Position numbers and translations under genes: made by a program
From: a virus
Lineage: Duplodnaviria; Caudoviricetes
IMG/VR virus record: IMGVR_UViG_3300007004_000008
Span: 1 to 34,021 of that record
Strand: one strand, 5' to 3'
Length of the DNA: 34,021 nucleotides
Shown: piece by piece, positions 1 to 10,091 of the stretch
How the letters are laid out: each line of letters starts with the position of its first letter
How positions within the stretch are numbered: the first letter of the stretch is position 1
Notes under the pieces: generated by a model
Databases searched by the model: none
What the model saw: only the letters and a program-made list of their open reading frames with translations
What the model was told of the DNA's origin: nothing

Positions 1-93
1 GATCTGGTCCGCAATGCGCTTGGTGTCCTGGATGATGTTGGTGTCCGAGGGCGGCGTAGGGGCGAAGTACCCTCCGTCAATCGGGCTGCTCAC
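1..93 (-). CDS. N-terminus of a gene running off the window (MSSPIDGGYFAPTPPSDTNIIQDTKRIADQI...), probably a minor tail protein
   Basis: GTG at 93 overlaps the TGA of the upstream gene (GTGA); frame open to the window edge; follows the minor tail genes. Confidence 0.6.
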   Translation of the reverse strand, partial: MSSPIDGGYFAPTPPSDTNIIQDTKRIADQI

Positions 94-1391
94 TGCACGT
101 CACCTCCACTGATGAACAACTCCACCTTCTCGGCGCCGGTGCCCTGGGGTGGCGTGACGCGCCATCCGAAAATCCGGGCGGCCAGCGTGACGAAATTGCC
201 GCCGTCCACGCCCGGCCACGTCCAGTCATTCGTCTCGAACAGCACATCGTCACCGATGATGTAGGAGCCGAACTCGGGGGCCACGTCACCGCGCAGAGTC
301 AGTGACGATACGAACTGTTCGCTGGCCAGCTTCTGGCCGAGGAATGCGGCGGCGTACTGCTCCAGCGTGGAGCCCACCGAGACATCCGGGTCCGAGTACT
401 TGGCCTCGGTCTGGAGGAACCCGGCGGTCCACTCGGCGCTGTTGCGGATCTGCGCCTGGACGGCGGCATCGTCGTATCCGGCGCCACGGCCCCAGACGAC
501 ATTCGGAACCTCGGAGCCGTCGTACGCGTACTGGTAGGACAGGACGTTCCCGGAGCCGAACCGGTCGTACTTGAGCAGCGGCACCGGCTCACCGCTGGAC
601 AGGCTCCGGCCCAGCCTCGGGTAGCCGAGGACGAACTGGCAGCGGTAGGCGTTGGCGTTCAGCGGGTCCGGCCCGCCGGACAGCACGCGCTCGGTGGTCG
701 TCCACTCGTACCCGTTGTCCACCTGCGAGCGCTTCTGGTGTGCCTCCAGGAGGTTCGTCTGCTGGTCGCGCTTGTAGGTGAAGTCACGGCGTACGCCGGT
801 CATGAGCGTGGAGGCGTCCACGTTGATCCACCCGGGCCACGGGCTGGAGCCCAGCGGCACGTACGAGAAGCGCGAGGGCGTGAGCAGGTCGGCGGCCATC
901 GTGGTCTGGTCCACGTTCGCCCACGTGAGGTCTCCACCGGCGAGAGGTCCCGAGATGACGCGACGCGCCCACAGAGACTCCACCGTCTGCGCCGTGATCG
1001 ACATGCGCCCCGTCTCGGGGTCGCGAGGTGCCGCCCACACGATGCCGTGCCACGCGATGCTGGAGGACCACTCGCGGATATACCGGTCATACGCCTGCCG
1101 AATGGCGATGATCCCCGTCTTGCGCGGAACGATCTTGTCCCACGGGTACATCTCCCGGACCTCGGGGTCCGCCAGCTGGAGCGTCGCCTGGAACTCGCCG
1201 ACACCGCGCATGACGCGCGAGAACTGGACTCCGCTCAGGGGGAGCGGAGCCTGGGTGATGATCGTCGGGTCCCCGAACTGGTACATGACCGGCCAGTACG
1301 TATACCGGACCGGCGTCTCCGGCACGAACACTGGATCAACCAGGGTGAGTGACGCGTCATCGAACGCGGCCAGCGTGAGGCCCGTGGTCAC
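90..1391 (-). CDS. minor tail protein (baseplate hub/Tal-like)
   Basis: 433 aa from GTG 1391 (GTGA overlap with upstream stop); third gene after tape measure; motifs such as LPLSGVQFSRVMRGVG and WHGIVW resemble actinophage minor tail proteins. Confidence 0.75.
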   Translation of the reverse strand: MTTGLTLAAFDDASLTLVDPVFVPETPVRYTYWPVMYQFGDPTIITQAPLPLSGVQFSRVMRGVGEFQATLQLADPEVREMYPWDKIVPRKTGIIAIRQAYDRYIREWSSSIAWHGIVWAAPRDPETGRMSITAQTVESLWARRVISGPLAGGDLTWANVDQTTMAADLLTPSRFSYVPLGSSPWPGWINVDASTLMTGVRRDFTYKRDQQTNLLEAHQKRSQVDNGYEWTTTERVLSGGPDPLNANAYRCQFVLGYPRLGRSLSSGEPVPLLKYDRFGSGNVLSYQYAYDGSEVPNVVWGRGAGYDDAAVQAQIRNSAEWTAGFLQTEAKYSDPDVSVGSTLEQYAAAFLGQKLASEQFVSSLTLRGDVAPEFGSYIIGDDVLFETNDWTWPGVDGGNFVTLAARIFGWRVTPPQGTGAEKVELFISGGDVQ

Positions 1392-2470
1392 GTGGCCCTC
1401 AACAGGATCTGGACCGCCGAGGCCCTGAAGTTGAACGCGGTGGCGTTCACGGTCGTGGCCTGACCGAACGTGCGCAGAGCGTTGAACCACACGGTCCGGC
1501 TACCCGTGAGGGCGTTGCTCAGGGCAGAGGCCAGCTGGCAGTGGGCGACCGGGAACGACGGGTTGGACACGAGCGGGAGGGCCGTGCCGAACAGCTGGCC
1601 GTTGTTGATTCCGTCGATGCTCACCGACAGGTCAACGCGGGCGTCGCTCGGGGACCATCCATATTCCATCTGCATGGTGCCCTGGGCGGCCCAGATGCCG
1701 CCAGGATCACTCAGGGCCACCTGGGCGAAGTTCGCCTCTGCGCCGGTGGCCACGGTGGCCACGGTGGTCAGCTGGGCACCGTTGCGGGCCAGTGCGCCAC
1801 CGAACGCGCGCCACGCGTTGATGGAGCCACCACGCCACACGCGGAGCGTGCCCAGCGGCTCGTAGTAGTGCACCTCCCCGGGGAAGGCGCCCGGGTTCGT
1901 GAACTGGATACCACCGATCGGGATGATGGAGCCCTGCACGCCGGAGCGCGCGCGGCGGTCGGACAGGAACACGGGGGCCGTGGAACCGGCGGCGATCGAG
2001 AAATCGGCGATCGGCTCACACGACGGGGGCAGCGTCGGCGCAACGGCCGTGCCGCTGGTCGCCGTGCCCTGGATGACCACCAGGCGGCCCTCGGAGACGG
2101 CGCCCGAGTAGAACGCGTCCACGACCTGCACGCCGATCGTGTCGATGCGGTTCAACGTGGGGCTGGACGCGCTGAAGGTGACCACGTCGTTCCCGGACTT
2201 CAGGACGATGTAGTCACCGCCGTTCGCGGCAAAGTCGTTCTCCACCAGGTAGGCGAACGGGCCGACCGTGGCCGACCACGCCGGGGAGGAGTTGACGACG
2301 AATGCCGCGCCTCCGCCGATGCCCCAGGACAGGACACCACCTCGGGCGTGGAAGTTGCCGGACACGTCCGTCTGCTGGTGGGTGTAGAGCGCGCTCACGC
2401 CGTGGAGGCGGTCGTTGTTCGCCGTGTACGTGCCCGCCTGGAGGTAGCGGGAGGGGTTGATGATCGTCAT
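1388..2470 (-). CDS. minor tail protein
   Basis: 360 aa; SSPTLNRIDTIGV...VIQGTATSGTAVAPTLP segment typical of actinophage minor tail proteins; synteny. Confidence 0.75.
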   Translation of the reverse strand: MTIINPSRYLQAGTYTANNDRLHGVSALYTHQQTDVSGNFHARGGVLSWGIGGGAAFVVNSSPAWSATVGPFAYLVENDFAANGGDYIVLKSGNDVVTFSASSPTLNRIDTIGVQVVDAFYSGAVSEGRLVVIQGTATSGTAVAPTLPPSCEPIADFSIAAGSTAPVFLSDRRARSGVQGSIIPIGGIQFTNPGAFPGEVHYYEPLGTLRVWRGGSINAWRAFGGALARNGAQLTTVATVATGAEANFAQVALSDPGGIWAAQGTMQMEYGWSPSDARVDLSVSIDGINNGQLFGTALPLVSNPSFPVAHCQLASALSNALTGSRTVWFNALRTFGQATTVNATAFNFRASAVQILLRAT

Positions 2471-2483
2471 CTGTTCTGGCCTC

Positions 2484-3407
2484 CTACTGCCAGGTGGAGC
2501 GCCAGCTGATGAACAGGCGCGCGTCGGGGCTGGGCGTGCCGGACGTGGCCCGCCAGCGGATCGAGTTCGGGCCGGGAGCGAGTGCCCACGGCCGCGAGAT
2601 GAGACGGTACGTGGAGGGGGTGACCGTGCCGGAACGGGAGTTGATCACGACCTCCTGACCGGCGGCCACCGTGCCCACGAGCGTGAACTCCTGGCCGGTG
2701 GTCTCGTTCTGGATGGTCGCGTTCGTGACCGGGCCGACCACCCGGAATACGGGCCACGTGGCCTCATCGCCCCGGTTCAGCGCAACGCCGGTGCCGCCAG
2801 GGATGACCACCCCGCCGTAATTCCAGTTGTACGTGTAGTTGTACGTCCGGCCGGACACGGTGCCGATGGGGAGCTGTAGCTCCAGGGTGCTGGCGTCGCC
2901 CACCGAGTACTTGACCGGCGTCGGGGCCACCAGGTCAAAGTTCACCTGTGAGGCGATGCCGCCCAGCGAGTGGCCGAACGGCGGCGTGGGGCGGAACTCG
3001 CCCTGGGCGCGGCACACCATTCCCAGGCGCTCCTCGGCCAACCAATCGTGCTGCTCCCACACGACCGGACTGCGGAGGAGAGTCTTGATGGCGGCGAGGC
3101 GCTGGCGCAAGGATCGGCCATCGGGGGCCACGACCACGGAGCGGATCTCCAGCGTCTTGGGGCCACGGCTGACCGGCCCGGAGAGCGCCCCGTCCCGGCC
3201 GCCCACCTGGTCCAGGGGGGTGTTGTAGACAACCGCCTCCCAGCCCTCGGGCTCGGCGGACACGGAGATCAGGCCGTCCGGCTCGGTGCGGTTCCACCAC
3301 ACGTCCCCATCGGAAGGCGTGAACGAGGAGCCCAGGCGGTACTGGACGTTGACCCCGGTCGCAGGAAGGTGCGCCGGAGGGTTGCCCAGCAGGACAGGAA
3401 CGGTCAC
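2484..3407 (-). CDS. distal tail (Dit-like) minor tail protein
   Basis: 307 aa directly after tape measure; NRGDEATWPVFRVVGPVTN and WALAPGPNSIRW motifs typical of Dit-like proteins. Confidence 0.8.
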   Translation of the reverse strand: MTVPVLLGNPPAHLPATGVNVQYRLGSSFTPSDGDVWWNRTEPDGLISVSAEPEGWEAVVYNTPLDQVGGRDGALSGPVSRGPKTLEIRSVVVAPDGRSLRQRLAAIKTLLRSPVVWEQHDWLAEERLGMVCRAQGEFRPTPPFGHSLGGIASQVNFDLVAPTPVKYSVGDASTLELQLPIGTVSGRTYNYTYNWNYGGVVIPGGTGVALNRGDEATWPVFRVVGPVTNATIQNETTGQEFTLVGTVAAGQEVVINSRSGTVTPSTYRLISRPWALAPGPNSIRWRATSGTPSPDARLFISWRSTWQ

Positions 3408-6310
3408 ACCCTCACCCCGTTAATCGTCTGGTCGTTCACGCCGTCCTGTACGGGCTGACGCTGGACCGTGAGGACGTTGCCGCCTGCCGCGATCTCGCGC
3501 GCTGCCCGCTGGGAGACCACGTCCGCGAACTGGCGGACATCGGCTCCCGGGAGCATGTTGTTCGTCTGGAACAGCTGCAACATCATCCCACTGCCACCGG
3601 CTCCTCCGCCCCCCGACACGGGGGTGATGGCGCGCAAGTCGGCGGCCGTGATGCCGCTCGTGACGCCTCCGCCCACGTCCGACAGGGAGGCGGTTACGGT
3701 GCGGGCCATCGCGTCGGCGGCGGCCACGGCCTGAGGAGTGATGGCCTCAATGCCTGCGATCATGCCCCGGCCCATGTCCCGGCCGATGCTGGCGAACACC
3801 TTGGAGGGCGACTTGATGCCCAGGAACGCCTTGACCGAGTCGACGGCGTTCCCGATGAGGCTCAAGAGGAAGCTCTTGACGGCACCGCCAGCGGCGCGGA
3901 GGCCGTTGACCAAGCCGCCGATCATGTCCTGGCCGACACCGAACAGCGTGCCGCCGAGGTTGCCCAGCGCCCCGACGATCTGGCCGGGCAGGCCACGGAC
4001 GTAGTTCAGGACGTTGCCGACGCCGGAGGCCACGGCGTCCACGATCGAGCGCCAAGCGCCCTGTACGGCGGAGACGGCGTTGTTGAAGCCGCTCCGGACG
4101 GAACTGACCAGGCTCGAAATCCAGCCGGACACGGTGGCCGAGACCGTGCTGACCGCGTTCGAGATGGCGGACGTGACACTGTTCCACGTGCTGCTCACCG
4201 ACGAGGAGATGGCGGTACCCGCCTCGGACACGATCCGAGTTACCTCGGACCAGACCTGAGACATGAACGAGAAGAATCCGGAAATGATTCCGGATACCGT
4301 GCCAATTGCGCCGACAACGGTCTGAGACATTCCGGTGATAGCGCCAGCGAATCCACCGGCAATAAGTCCGATCAGCGGAACGATAATCGCAGTGACCAGA
4401 TTCAGCACCGGAACTAGAAGCTGCGCCAGCACGCCAACAACGGCAATCGTCGGCTGGAGCAAAGCCTGGAGCGCAGGCTGGAGCGGGAGCAGTGCACCGG
4501 CCAGCCCCGCGACCAGCTGCACGAGCGGCACGAGCAACGGCGCAATGGCCTGAATGGCCATGACCAGGGTCTGGCCGAGGGCCTCCGCTACCGGCCCCAT
4601 CGCCGCGCCCAGCTCGGTGAGCGCCTCGCCGATCACCGGGATGACCGGGGCCAGCGCGCTCGTGAGCGCCTCCACCACCTTGGTGATGGGAGGAATGAGC
4701 GACTGGACGACCTTGCCCAGCGGGCCGAGGGCGGCGCCGATGAGCTGGGAGATCGGGCCAAGGAGAGGCACCACGGCAGTCAGCACGCCACCGAGGGCGG
4801 CGATGATCTGGCCGAGTGGAGGCAGGAGCTGGGGGAGCACCGTCATCAGGGTGTTGCCCAGCGTGTTTGCCAGCTGGCCGAGGACGGGGCCGATCGTGCC
4901 AATGGCCTGCCCGAGGCTCTCACCCAGCACGCCCGCCAGACGGCCGATGGTGGGAATCACCGGCTGGAGCGAGGTCAGCAGGGTGGCGACACCCTGGGCG
5001 AGGGCGGCGATTCCGGGCGCGGCGAACTGGAGCGCGTCGGCCAGCATCTGGAAGATCGGGAGCAGGGCCGGACCGATGACGCTCGTGAGGTTGGCGAGGA
5101 TCGGCGCAAGGGTCGTGCCGACCGCCTGGGCGACCGCCAGGAGGAGCGGGAGAATGTTCTGAACTGCGGTTGCGCTCGATTCAAAGAATGAGCGCAACGC
5201 GTCCTGTCCGGCAACCGATTCGGTGAATGCGCGGAACTGCGCCACCACCTGCTGAATGGTCCCGAGGAATCCTCCGCCTACCTGGTTGCCGATGGAGAAC
5301 ACGTTGAACAGGGCTACGCCGAGGTCACGGAAGATCGAGCCCAGCTGACCGGCCGCCGAAAGCGACGCGCTAAAGAACTGCTGAAGCTGACCGGTTTCCC
5401 GGGCGGTGCTGATGAATTCCGAGAAACGCTGGGCGGCCTGCCCGATACCCTCGGCGAGACCAGGAAAGAACCCGGAGCCCACCACGGACAGATCCAGGAA
5501 CGCGCGGGCGACCTGGGTGACCGGCGCCAGTAGCTGCTGGAACCCCACCTTGAGGTTGTTCACCAGCTCCGCCACGTCGCCCACGGTCTCGCTTGACTGG
5601 GCGAACGAGAACAGCGACCGACCGGCGCCGTTGATCGTGGTCGCGAGGCCGCCGAACAGGCTCCGCGCCTGGGGCAGGTAGAGCGTGGCGAGCTTGCCCA
5701 CCTGTTCGCCGAGGCCAGCGAACAGGCCCTGTTGAACGTCCAGCTGCATCTTGTCGAACTCGGGCTTGACCTTGGCGGCGGCCTTGACGAACTCCTGGGC
5801 GGCCGGGGCGAGGTCCTTCAGCGCCTCGTTGAACTTGGTCACGTCGCCGGATGCCAGCGCCTTGAACGCGTCGCCAACGCCCTGGAGTCCCAGCTTGAGC
5901 GTGGTGGTCACGGCGACCACGCCCAGCAGGGCAGCGGGGAGCAAGGCGACCACGCCCGAGGCCTGGGCCATCGCGCCGATCACGGGGATGAGGACGCCCA
6001 GGAGCGAGGACAGGCCAGCACCGGCGGCCCCGGCGGCGGCACCCACGAGCGCGAACTTGATAGCGCCCGTGAGCACCGAGCCGAGACCGGCGGCACCTCG
6101 GGTGAGCGAGGAGAACAGCCCCGAGAAGATGGAGCCCGACCGCGAGGCCGTGCGCTCCGCCTCCTTTTCGACGTTCTCGAACACTGGGACCTTTTCGGCC
6201 TCCAGTGACGCCTCTTTCATGGCGGCACGGATGGACGACCGGATGGACGCACCGAACCCCTTGGAGTCGGCGACCAGGCGGACGCCTGCCTCTGCGATGA
6301 TCCGGGCCAC
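3404..6310 (-). CDS. tape measure protein
   Basis: 968 aa, Ala/Gly/Leu-rich amphipathic repeats, periodic Trp/Phe, FLGIKSPSKVF motif; downstream of the tail assembly chaperones. Confidence 0.93.
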   Translation of the reverse strand: MARIIAEAGVRLVADSKGFGASIRSSIRAAMKEASLEAEKVPVFENVEKEAERTASRSGSIFSGLFSSLTRGAAGLGSVLTGAIKFALVGAAAGAAGAGLSSLLGVLIPVIGAMAQASGVVALLPAALLGVVAVTTTLKLGLQGVGDAFKALASGDVTKFNEALKDLAPAAQEFVKAAAKVKPEFDKMQLDVQQGLFAGLGEQVGKLATLYLPQARSLFGGLATTINGAGRSLFSFAQSSETVGDVAELVNNLKVGFQQLLAPVTQVARAFLDLSVVGSGFFPGLAEGIGQAAQRFSEFISTARETGQLQQFFSASLSAAGQLGSIFRDLGVALFNVFSIGNQVGGGFLGTIQQVVAQFRAFTESVAGQDALRSFFESSATAVQNILPLLLAVAQAVGTTLAPILANLTSVIGPALLPIFQMLADALQFAAPGIAALAQGVATLLTSLQPVIPTIGRLAGVLGESLGQAIGTIGPVLGQLANTLGNTLMTVLPQLLPPLGQIIAALGGVLTAVVPLLGPISQLIGAALGPLGKVVQSLIPPITKVVEALTSALAPVIPVIGEALTELGAAMGPVAEALGQTLVMAIQAIAPLLVPLVQLVAGLAGALLPLQPALQALLQPTIAVVGVLAQLLVPVLNLVTAIIVPLIGLIAGGFAGAITGMSQTVVGAIGTVSGIISGFFSFMSQVWSEVTRIVSEAGTAISSSVSSTWNSVTSAISNAVSTVSATVSGWISSLVSSVRSGFNNAVSAVQGAWRSIVDAVASGVGNVLNYVRGLPGQIVGALGNLGGTLFGVGQDMIGGLVNGLRAAGGAVKSFLLSLIGNAVDSVKAFLGIKSPSKVFASIGRDMGRGMIAGIEAITPQAVAAADAMARTVTASLSDVGGGVTSGITAADLRAITPVSGGGGAGGSGMMLQLFQTNNMLPGADVRQFADVVSQRAAREIAAGGNVLTVQRQPVQDGVNDQTINGVRV

Positions 6311-6322
6311 CCGGCCGCCTCC

Positions 6323-6625
6323 CTACTTGGTCCTTCTGGGCGGCGGCGGAATGTCGTTCGCGCCTCGCACCAGGCCAGCACTGGCCCTCTGGTGTTCGGG
6401 CGTCGCCCCCCACGTCTCGCGGTTGGGGTCCGCCCGTGCGCTCAAGCCGATCATCTTGTCGTCCATCGCCTTGAGCACGTCCATCGGTGCCGATGCCACG
6501 ATGGCGTACACGGCGTGAAGCCACACACTCGCGGGTTCCCGCGTTGTGATGCCCCGGAGGGCCAGCTGGCCCGCCAGGTACGGGTGGAGAACGGGGTCCT
6601 GGGTGAGGGTGACGATCACCTTCAC
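6323..6625 (-). CDS. tail assembly chaperone, second ORF (gpT-like; possibly reached by -1 frameshift)
   Basis: Lies in the -1 frame between the chaperone and tape measure; ends with a TWGATPEHQ motif; GTG 6625 overlaps the upstream TGA. Confidence 0.65.
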   Translation of the reverse strand: MKVIVTLTQDPVLHPYLAGQLALRGITTREPASVWLHAVYAIVASAPMDVLKAMDDKMIGLSARADPNRETWGATPEHQRASAGLVRGANDIPPPPRRTK

Positions 6626-7161
6626 CCAGCCGTAGGGTGGCCCGTGCTCGCTGCGATGAAGTCCTTGGAGATTTCGAGGAGCGTGGACAGCTTCACGTAC
6701 ACGTCCTCGTCCTCCATGAGCACGTGGAGCCACCGGCGGCGCGAGGTCCACCGGCTCTTGTCCATCCACCGGTCCAGGCTGACCGTGTCGCTGAACGGGT
6801 AGATGTTGCCGTCCGGTCCCCGGTACGCGCGCTCGTGGGCGGGGCCGTCGTCGCGAACCTGCCCGTGCTGCGACTCCCAGGAGTTCCGGGGCGCGGCGTC
6901 GGGGCGCTTCAGCTCCTCGGGCTTCCACTTGGAGTTGACCTCGCCGTCCTTGTCCGTGATGGACTTGGCCAGCGTCTTGGCGAGGACCTCCAGCTGGCGT
7001 TCGGGCTTGTCGTCGTCGGCCAGCAGCATGCGGAGCACGTCACCAGCACCGACGCGCGGCGCGGCCGTGAACTCGTGGGTTTCCTTCTCGTCGTCGCGGT
7101 AGACGACCAGGCCGAACTGGAACGGCTCCGGCTGGGTTTCGTTGCCGCCGTACGTCTTCAC
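6622..7161 (-). CDS. tail assembly chaperone (gpG-like)
   Basis: 179 aa from GTG 7161 with GGAG RBS; ends ...STGHPTAG; position upstream of tape measure. Confidence 0.7.
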   Translation of the reverse strand: MKTYGGNETQPEPFQFGLVVYRDDEKETHEFTAAPRVGAGDVLRMLLADDDKPERQLEVLAKTLAKSITDKDGEVNSKWKPEELKRPDAAPRNSWESQHGQVRDDGPAHERAYRGPDGNIYPFSDTVSLDRWMDKSRWTSRRRWLHVLMEDEDVYVKLSTLLEISKDFIAASTGHPTAG

Positions 7162-7192
7162 AGGATCTCCAGGGGTCTTGGGTGGGGTGGAA

Positions 7193-7639
7193 CTACCCGG
7201 CCGCGAACGGCAGGGCGCGCACGAGGAACTGAGACCCCGTCGTGCCGGGGTGTCGAACGGACCGGCGGAACACCACCTGACCACCGACAGTGAACCGCAA
7301 CATGCCCTTGCGGCGCTTCTTGCCACGGCCCCGCATCTTCTTGGCCGTGATGATGTGCGGGTTCGTGCCGTCGTGCTCAAACATCGTGTACCTGGTCAGG
7401 CCGGACTTGCCTGCCACCACGTCCACGCGCATCTTCTTGGCGTTAACCTGCATGCGGATGAGCGTGCGGAGTCGGCCCGTGCGGACGCGGACGAACGTCT
7501 TGGACACGAGCATCACGACGTTTCCCCGGCGGACCAAGTCCTTGATCACGCCGTCGTTGGGGTCCGTCATGAACGCCACGAGCTGGGGCTTGAGGATCGT
7601 GATCGGTCCGGCGTAGACACGGACCACCATGCGCGCCAT
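7193..7639 (-). CDS. virion neck/tail completion protein (HK97 gp10-like)
   Basis: 148 aa, basic; VRTGRLR, FEHDGTNPH and VRHPGT motifs; ATG 7639 overlaps upstream TGA. Confidence 0.65.
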   Translation of the reverse strand: MARMVVRVYAGPITILKPQLVAFMTDPNDGVIKDLVRRGNVVMLVSKTFVRVRTGRLRTLIRMQVNAKKMRVDVVAGKSGLTRYTMFEHDGTNPHIITAKKMRGRGKKRRKGMLRFTVGGQVVFRRSVRHPGTTGSQFLVRALPFAAG

Positions 7640-8175
7640 CAGGCCAGCGCCCCCACCGTGATGGTGATCGTCCCCTCGGCGGCGTGGAAACCCCCGTTCG
7701 GCCCCACGGGCTCGATCACGCCGAACTGAACGAGCGCGTCCTTGCCGATGTGCTGGTACATGTCGCTGGCAAAGGAGGCCATCGCCTGGGAGAGGAGGCC
7801 AGCGTCCCGCATGAACACCCGGCCCGCCTCGTCCAGGGCCTCCACGCTGGGGAGCTTCTCGCGCTTGGCCGGGTCCGCCTGGGGGGTGCACCGGACTACC
7901 TGGAGCGTGTAGACGGCGTGCCTCATGCCCATCGCCGAGGCGGGGGAGCCGGTGCGCGCGGAGGAGCTGGACTCGTCCAGGGCCTGCCCCCACCCGATGC
8001 CGCCGAGGGCCACCACGAACTGTTCGCAGTCCCAGGCGATCGTCCGGGGGTCCCCGGGAGCGCAGTACCGGCGCTCGGGCAGCGGCTGACCGGACTCCTC
8101 GAACTTGGCCACCACCCAGTCCCGGATGCGGACGCCAGTGCCCGCCACGTCCAGGCCGAGGAACGGCGCGCTCAC
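7639..8175 (-). CDS. putative tail terminator / head-tail joining protein
   Basis: 178 aa from GTG 8175; IAWDCEQ, VVRC and PVGPNGG motifs; position between adaptor and chaperones. Confidence 0.55.
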   Translation of the reverse strand: MSAPFLGLDVAGTGVRIRDWVVAKFEESGQPLPERRYCAPGDPRTIAWDCEQFVVALGGIGWGQALDESSSSARTGSPASAMGMRHAVYTLQVVRCTPQADPAKREKLPSVEALDEAGRVFMRDAGLLSQAMASFASDMYQHIGKDALVQFGVIEPVGPNGGFHAAEGTITITVGALA

Positions 8176-8492
8176 TTCTTGGTCTTCTTGGTGCTGGTCT
8201 TGGCGGCGTCCAGAGCGGCCAGCTTCTCGGCCAGCGTCTGCTCCGCCTCCTCCACCTCGGCGGCCGTCTCGTCGTCCTCCGAGGGCGCGGGCTCGGTGTC
8301 GGGGTCGTCGGCGGCCTGCTCGTCGGCGGCCGTCTTCTCCTCCTCGGTGGGCTCGTCGCCACCCAGGTTGATGTGGGCGGTCACCTCGCCGCCACGGATC
8401 TCCAGCGGCGCGTCCGGCTCCACCTCGTTCACGGTGGTGCGGGACTCGTCCACGGGGGACCACGGGTCAGTGCCGGACATCGTCTCGTTCAC
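8172..8492 (-). CDS. small acidic hypothetical protein
   Basis: 106 aa, Glu/Asp-rich with a Lys-rich tail; GTGA overlaps on both sides. Confidence 0.6.
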   Translation of the reverse strand: MNETMSGTDPWSPVDESRTTVNEVEPDAPLEIRGGEVTAHINLGGDEPTEEEKTAADEQAADDPDTEPAPSEDDETAAEVEEAEQTLAEKLAALDAAKTSTKKTKK

Positions 8493-10072
8493 GGGTACCT
8501 CACAGATGCAGAGGGCAAATCGGGTGACCAGACCCTACCCCGCTGGGCTCGGGCCTGGGGGTTCACGGCGGCCAGCCACATGTCCACGCTGGCGATGGCG
8601 GTACGCCCGTCCGAGATAAAGTCCATCGGGTTCGGGATCTCGCCGGACAGGCCCTGACGCGTGAAGCTCGTGACCATCTTGGGCCAAGCGCACTCCTCGC
8701 CCAGCCGGTACGCGAGGCGCTCCACGGCGAGGTCTACGGCCGCCCTCACGCCTGCCTCGGGCGGGGGCTCCCCGTACGAGTACGTGATCTCGGTCGTGTC
8801 CATGCACGTGTTCCACGAGCGGCCGTCCAGGCGCGTGAGCCATCCGGACCGCGAGAACCGGTACTTGGACGGATCGAGGAGGACGCCATCCTCCCGGACC
8901 TCGGTCACCACGCCGATGGGCGACATGGGCAGCTGCACCGCTACCGGCCCCTGAGCGTGCGTCACGTGGACGTTGACGCCTGGGGGGTAGAAGTACTGGC
9001 CGTGCCACGTCCCGTAGCTCCAGCAGGGACATGAGCCCCACGTGGGGTGATACGGCCACGTGCCGTTGCCGTCCATGCTCCGGAGGACGGCGGTCTCCGT
9101 GCACCCAACGCCAATCCAGCGGCGGCCGGACAGGTAGTACAGAATCTCGGACGCCTCCAGGAGGTCTCGCGCCCACTCCTCGTCGGACTGCTTGGAGCGG
9201 TCGGGCTCCGGCACGTCGTTCGGGAGAGCCCAGGCGGAGCACAGCACCCGGGAGCGCGCGGCCGTGCCGTCCGCGTCGGCGGAGCCGGTCACGGAGGAGG
9301 ACAGGCCGAGGCTGGACGTGACGACGCCAGCGCCCACCTTGGACGTGGAGCCCACCGTGGCGGTGAGCCCGAGGGCGGCGGAGGCGGCACCGGCCGCGCG
9401 CTTCTGCCCGGCGGCGTTGGCCGCCAGTGCCAGCACCGAGGAGGACGGGGAACCGCTGGCGGCCTTGCCGCCGGTGAGGTTGCCTCCCAGCACGAGCGAG
9501 GAGGACACGGCGCCGGAGTGCGACTCGCCGCCGGGGTCCACGTCCGTGATGATCGGCTGAATCCAGTAGTTCGCCGAGGAGCCACTGGCGGGGAACGTGA
9601 TCGACGCACCGACCGTGAACAGGTTCTGAATCAGGCTGATGGAGTTCCCGGCGTCGGGGGCGCGGAGGGGGCCGTTGATGATGCCGCCCTCACCCGGCCC
9701 GCCGATGCCGAAATACCCGTTGGTGGCCGAGTACCGGCCGCCCGGGAAGTGCACGCCGGAGCGGTACGAGTTGCCGGAGCCGAGGAGCAGGGCGACCGGC
9801 GTACCGAGGAGGACCGTCTGCCACCCGGAGCCGGACAGGGTGAAAGCGGCGTCCGTGCCCGCAACAGCGGAACCGCCTGCCGTCCAGGTGCGGGCGACAA
9901 GCGGGCCGTTCAGCTGGGGGGAGCCGCCGTCCGAGGGCCTCCACACGCGGTAGCCCTTGAGCCACGCCGTGGAGGTCGCGTACCACTCGACTCCCAGCGT
10001 GTACTGGGAGCCGGGCTCTGAGATGGAGGTAGCAGGGCCAGCGGTGGCCCCGTACAGGTCGTAGTCGGTCAC
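8489..10072 (-). CDS. head-to-tail adaptor fused to an N-terminal DUF4082-like domain
   Basis: 527 aa from GTG 10072 (AGGAGAGGGG RBS). N-terminus YTLGVEWY...SGSGWQTVLLGTPV...SANYWIQP resembles DUF4082; Ser/Ala/Gly linker; C-terminus EASEILYYLSGRRW...YSYGEPPP...TRQGLS...VDMWLAAVNP resembles actinophage adaptors. Confidence 0.7.
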   Translation of the reverse strand: MTDYDLYGATAGPATSISEPGSQYTLGVEWYATSTAWLKGYRVWRPSDGGSPQLNGPLVARTWTAGGSAVAGTDAAFTLSGSGWQTVLLGTPVALLLGSGNSYRSGVHFPGGRYSATNGYFGIGGPGEGGIINGPLRAPDAGNSISLIQNLFTVGASITFPASGSSANYWIQPIITDVDPGGESHSGAVSSSLVLGGNLTGGKAASGSPSSSVLALAANAAGQKRAAGAASAALGLTATVGSTSKVGAGVVTSSLGLSSSVTGSADADGTAARSRVLCSAWALPNDVPEPDRSKQSDEEWARDLLEASEILYYLSGRRWIGVGCTETAVLRSMDGNGTWPYHPTWGSCPCWSYGTWHGQYFYPPGVNVHVTHAQGPVAVQLPMSPIGVVTEVREDGVLLDPSKYRFSRSGWLTRLDGRSWNTCMDTTEITYSYGEPPPEAGVRAAVDLAVERLAYRLGEECAWPKMVTSFTRQGLSGEIPNPMDFISDGRTAIASVDMWLAAVNPQARAQRGRVWSPDLPSASVRYP

Positions 10073-10091
10073 GGGTGGCCCCCTCTCCTGA

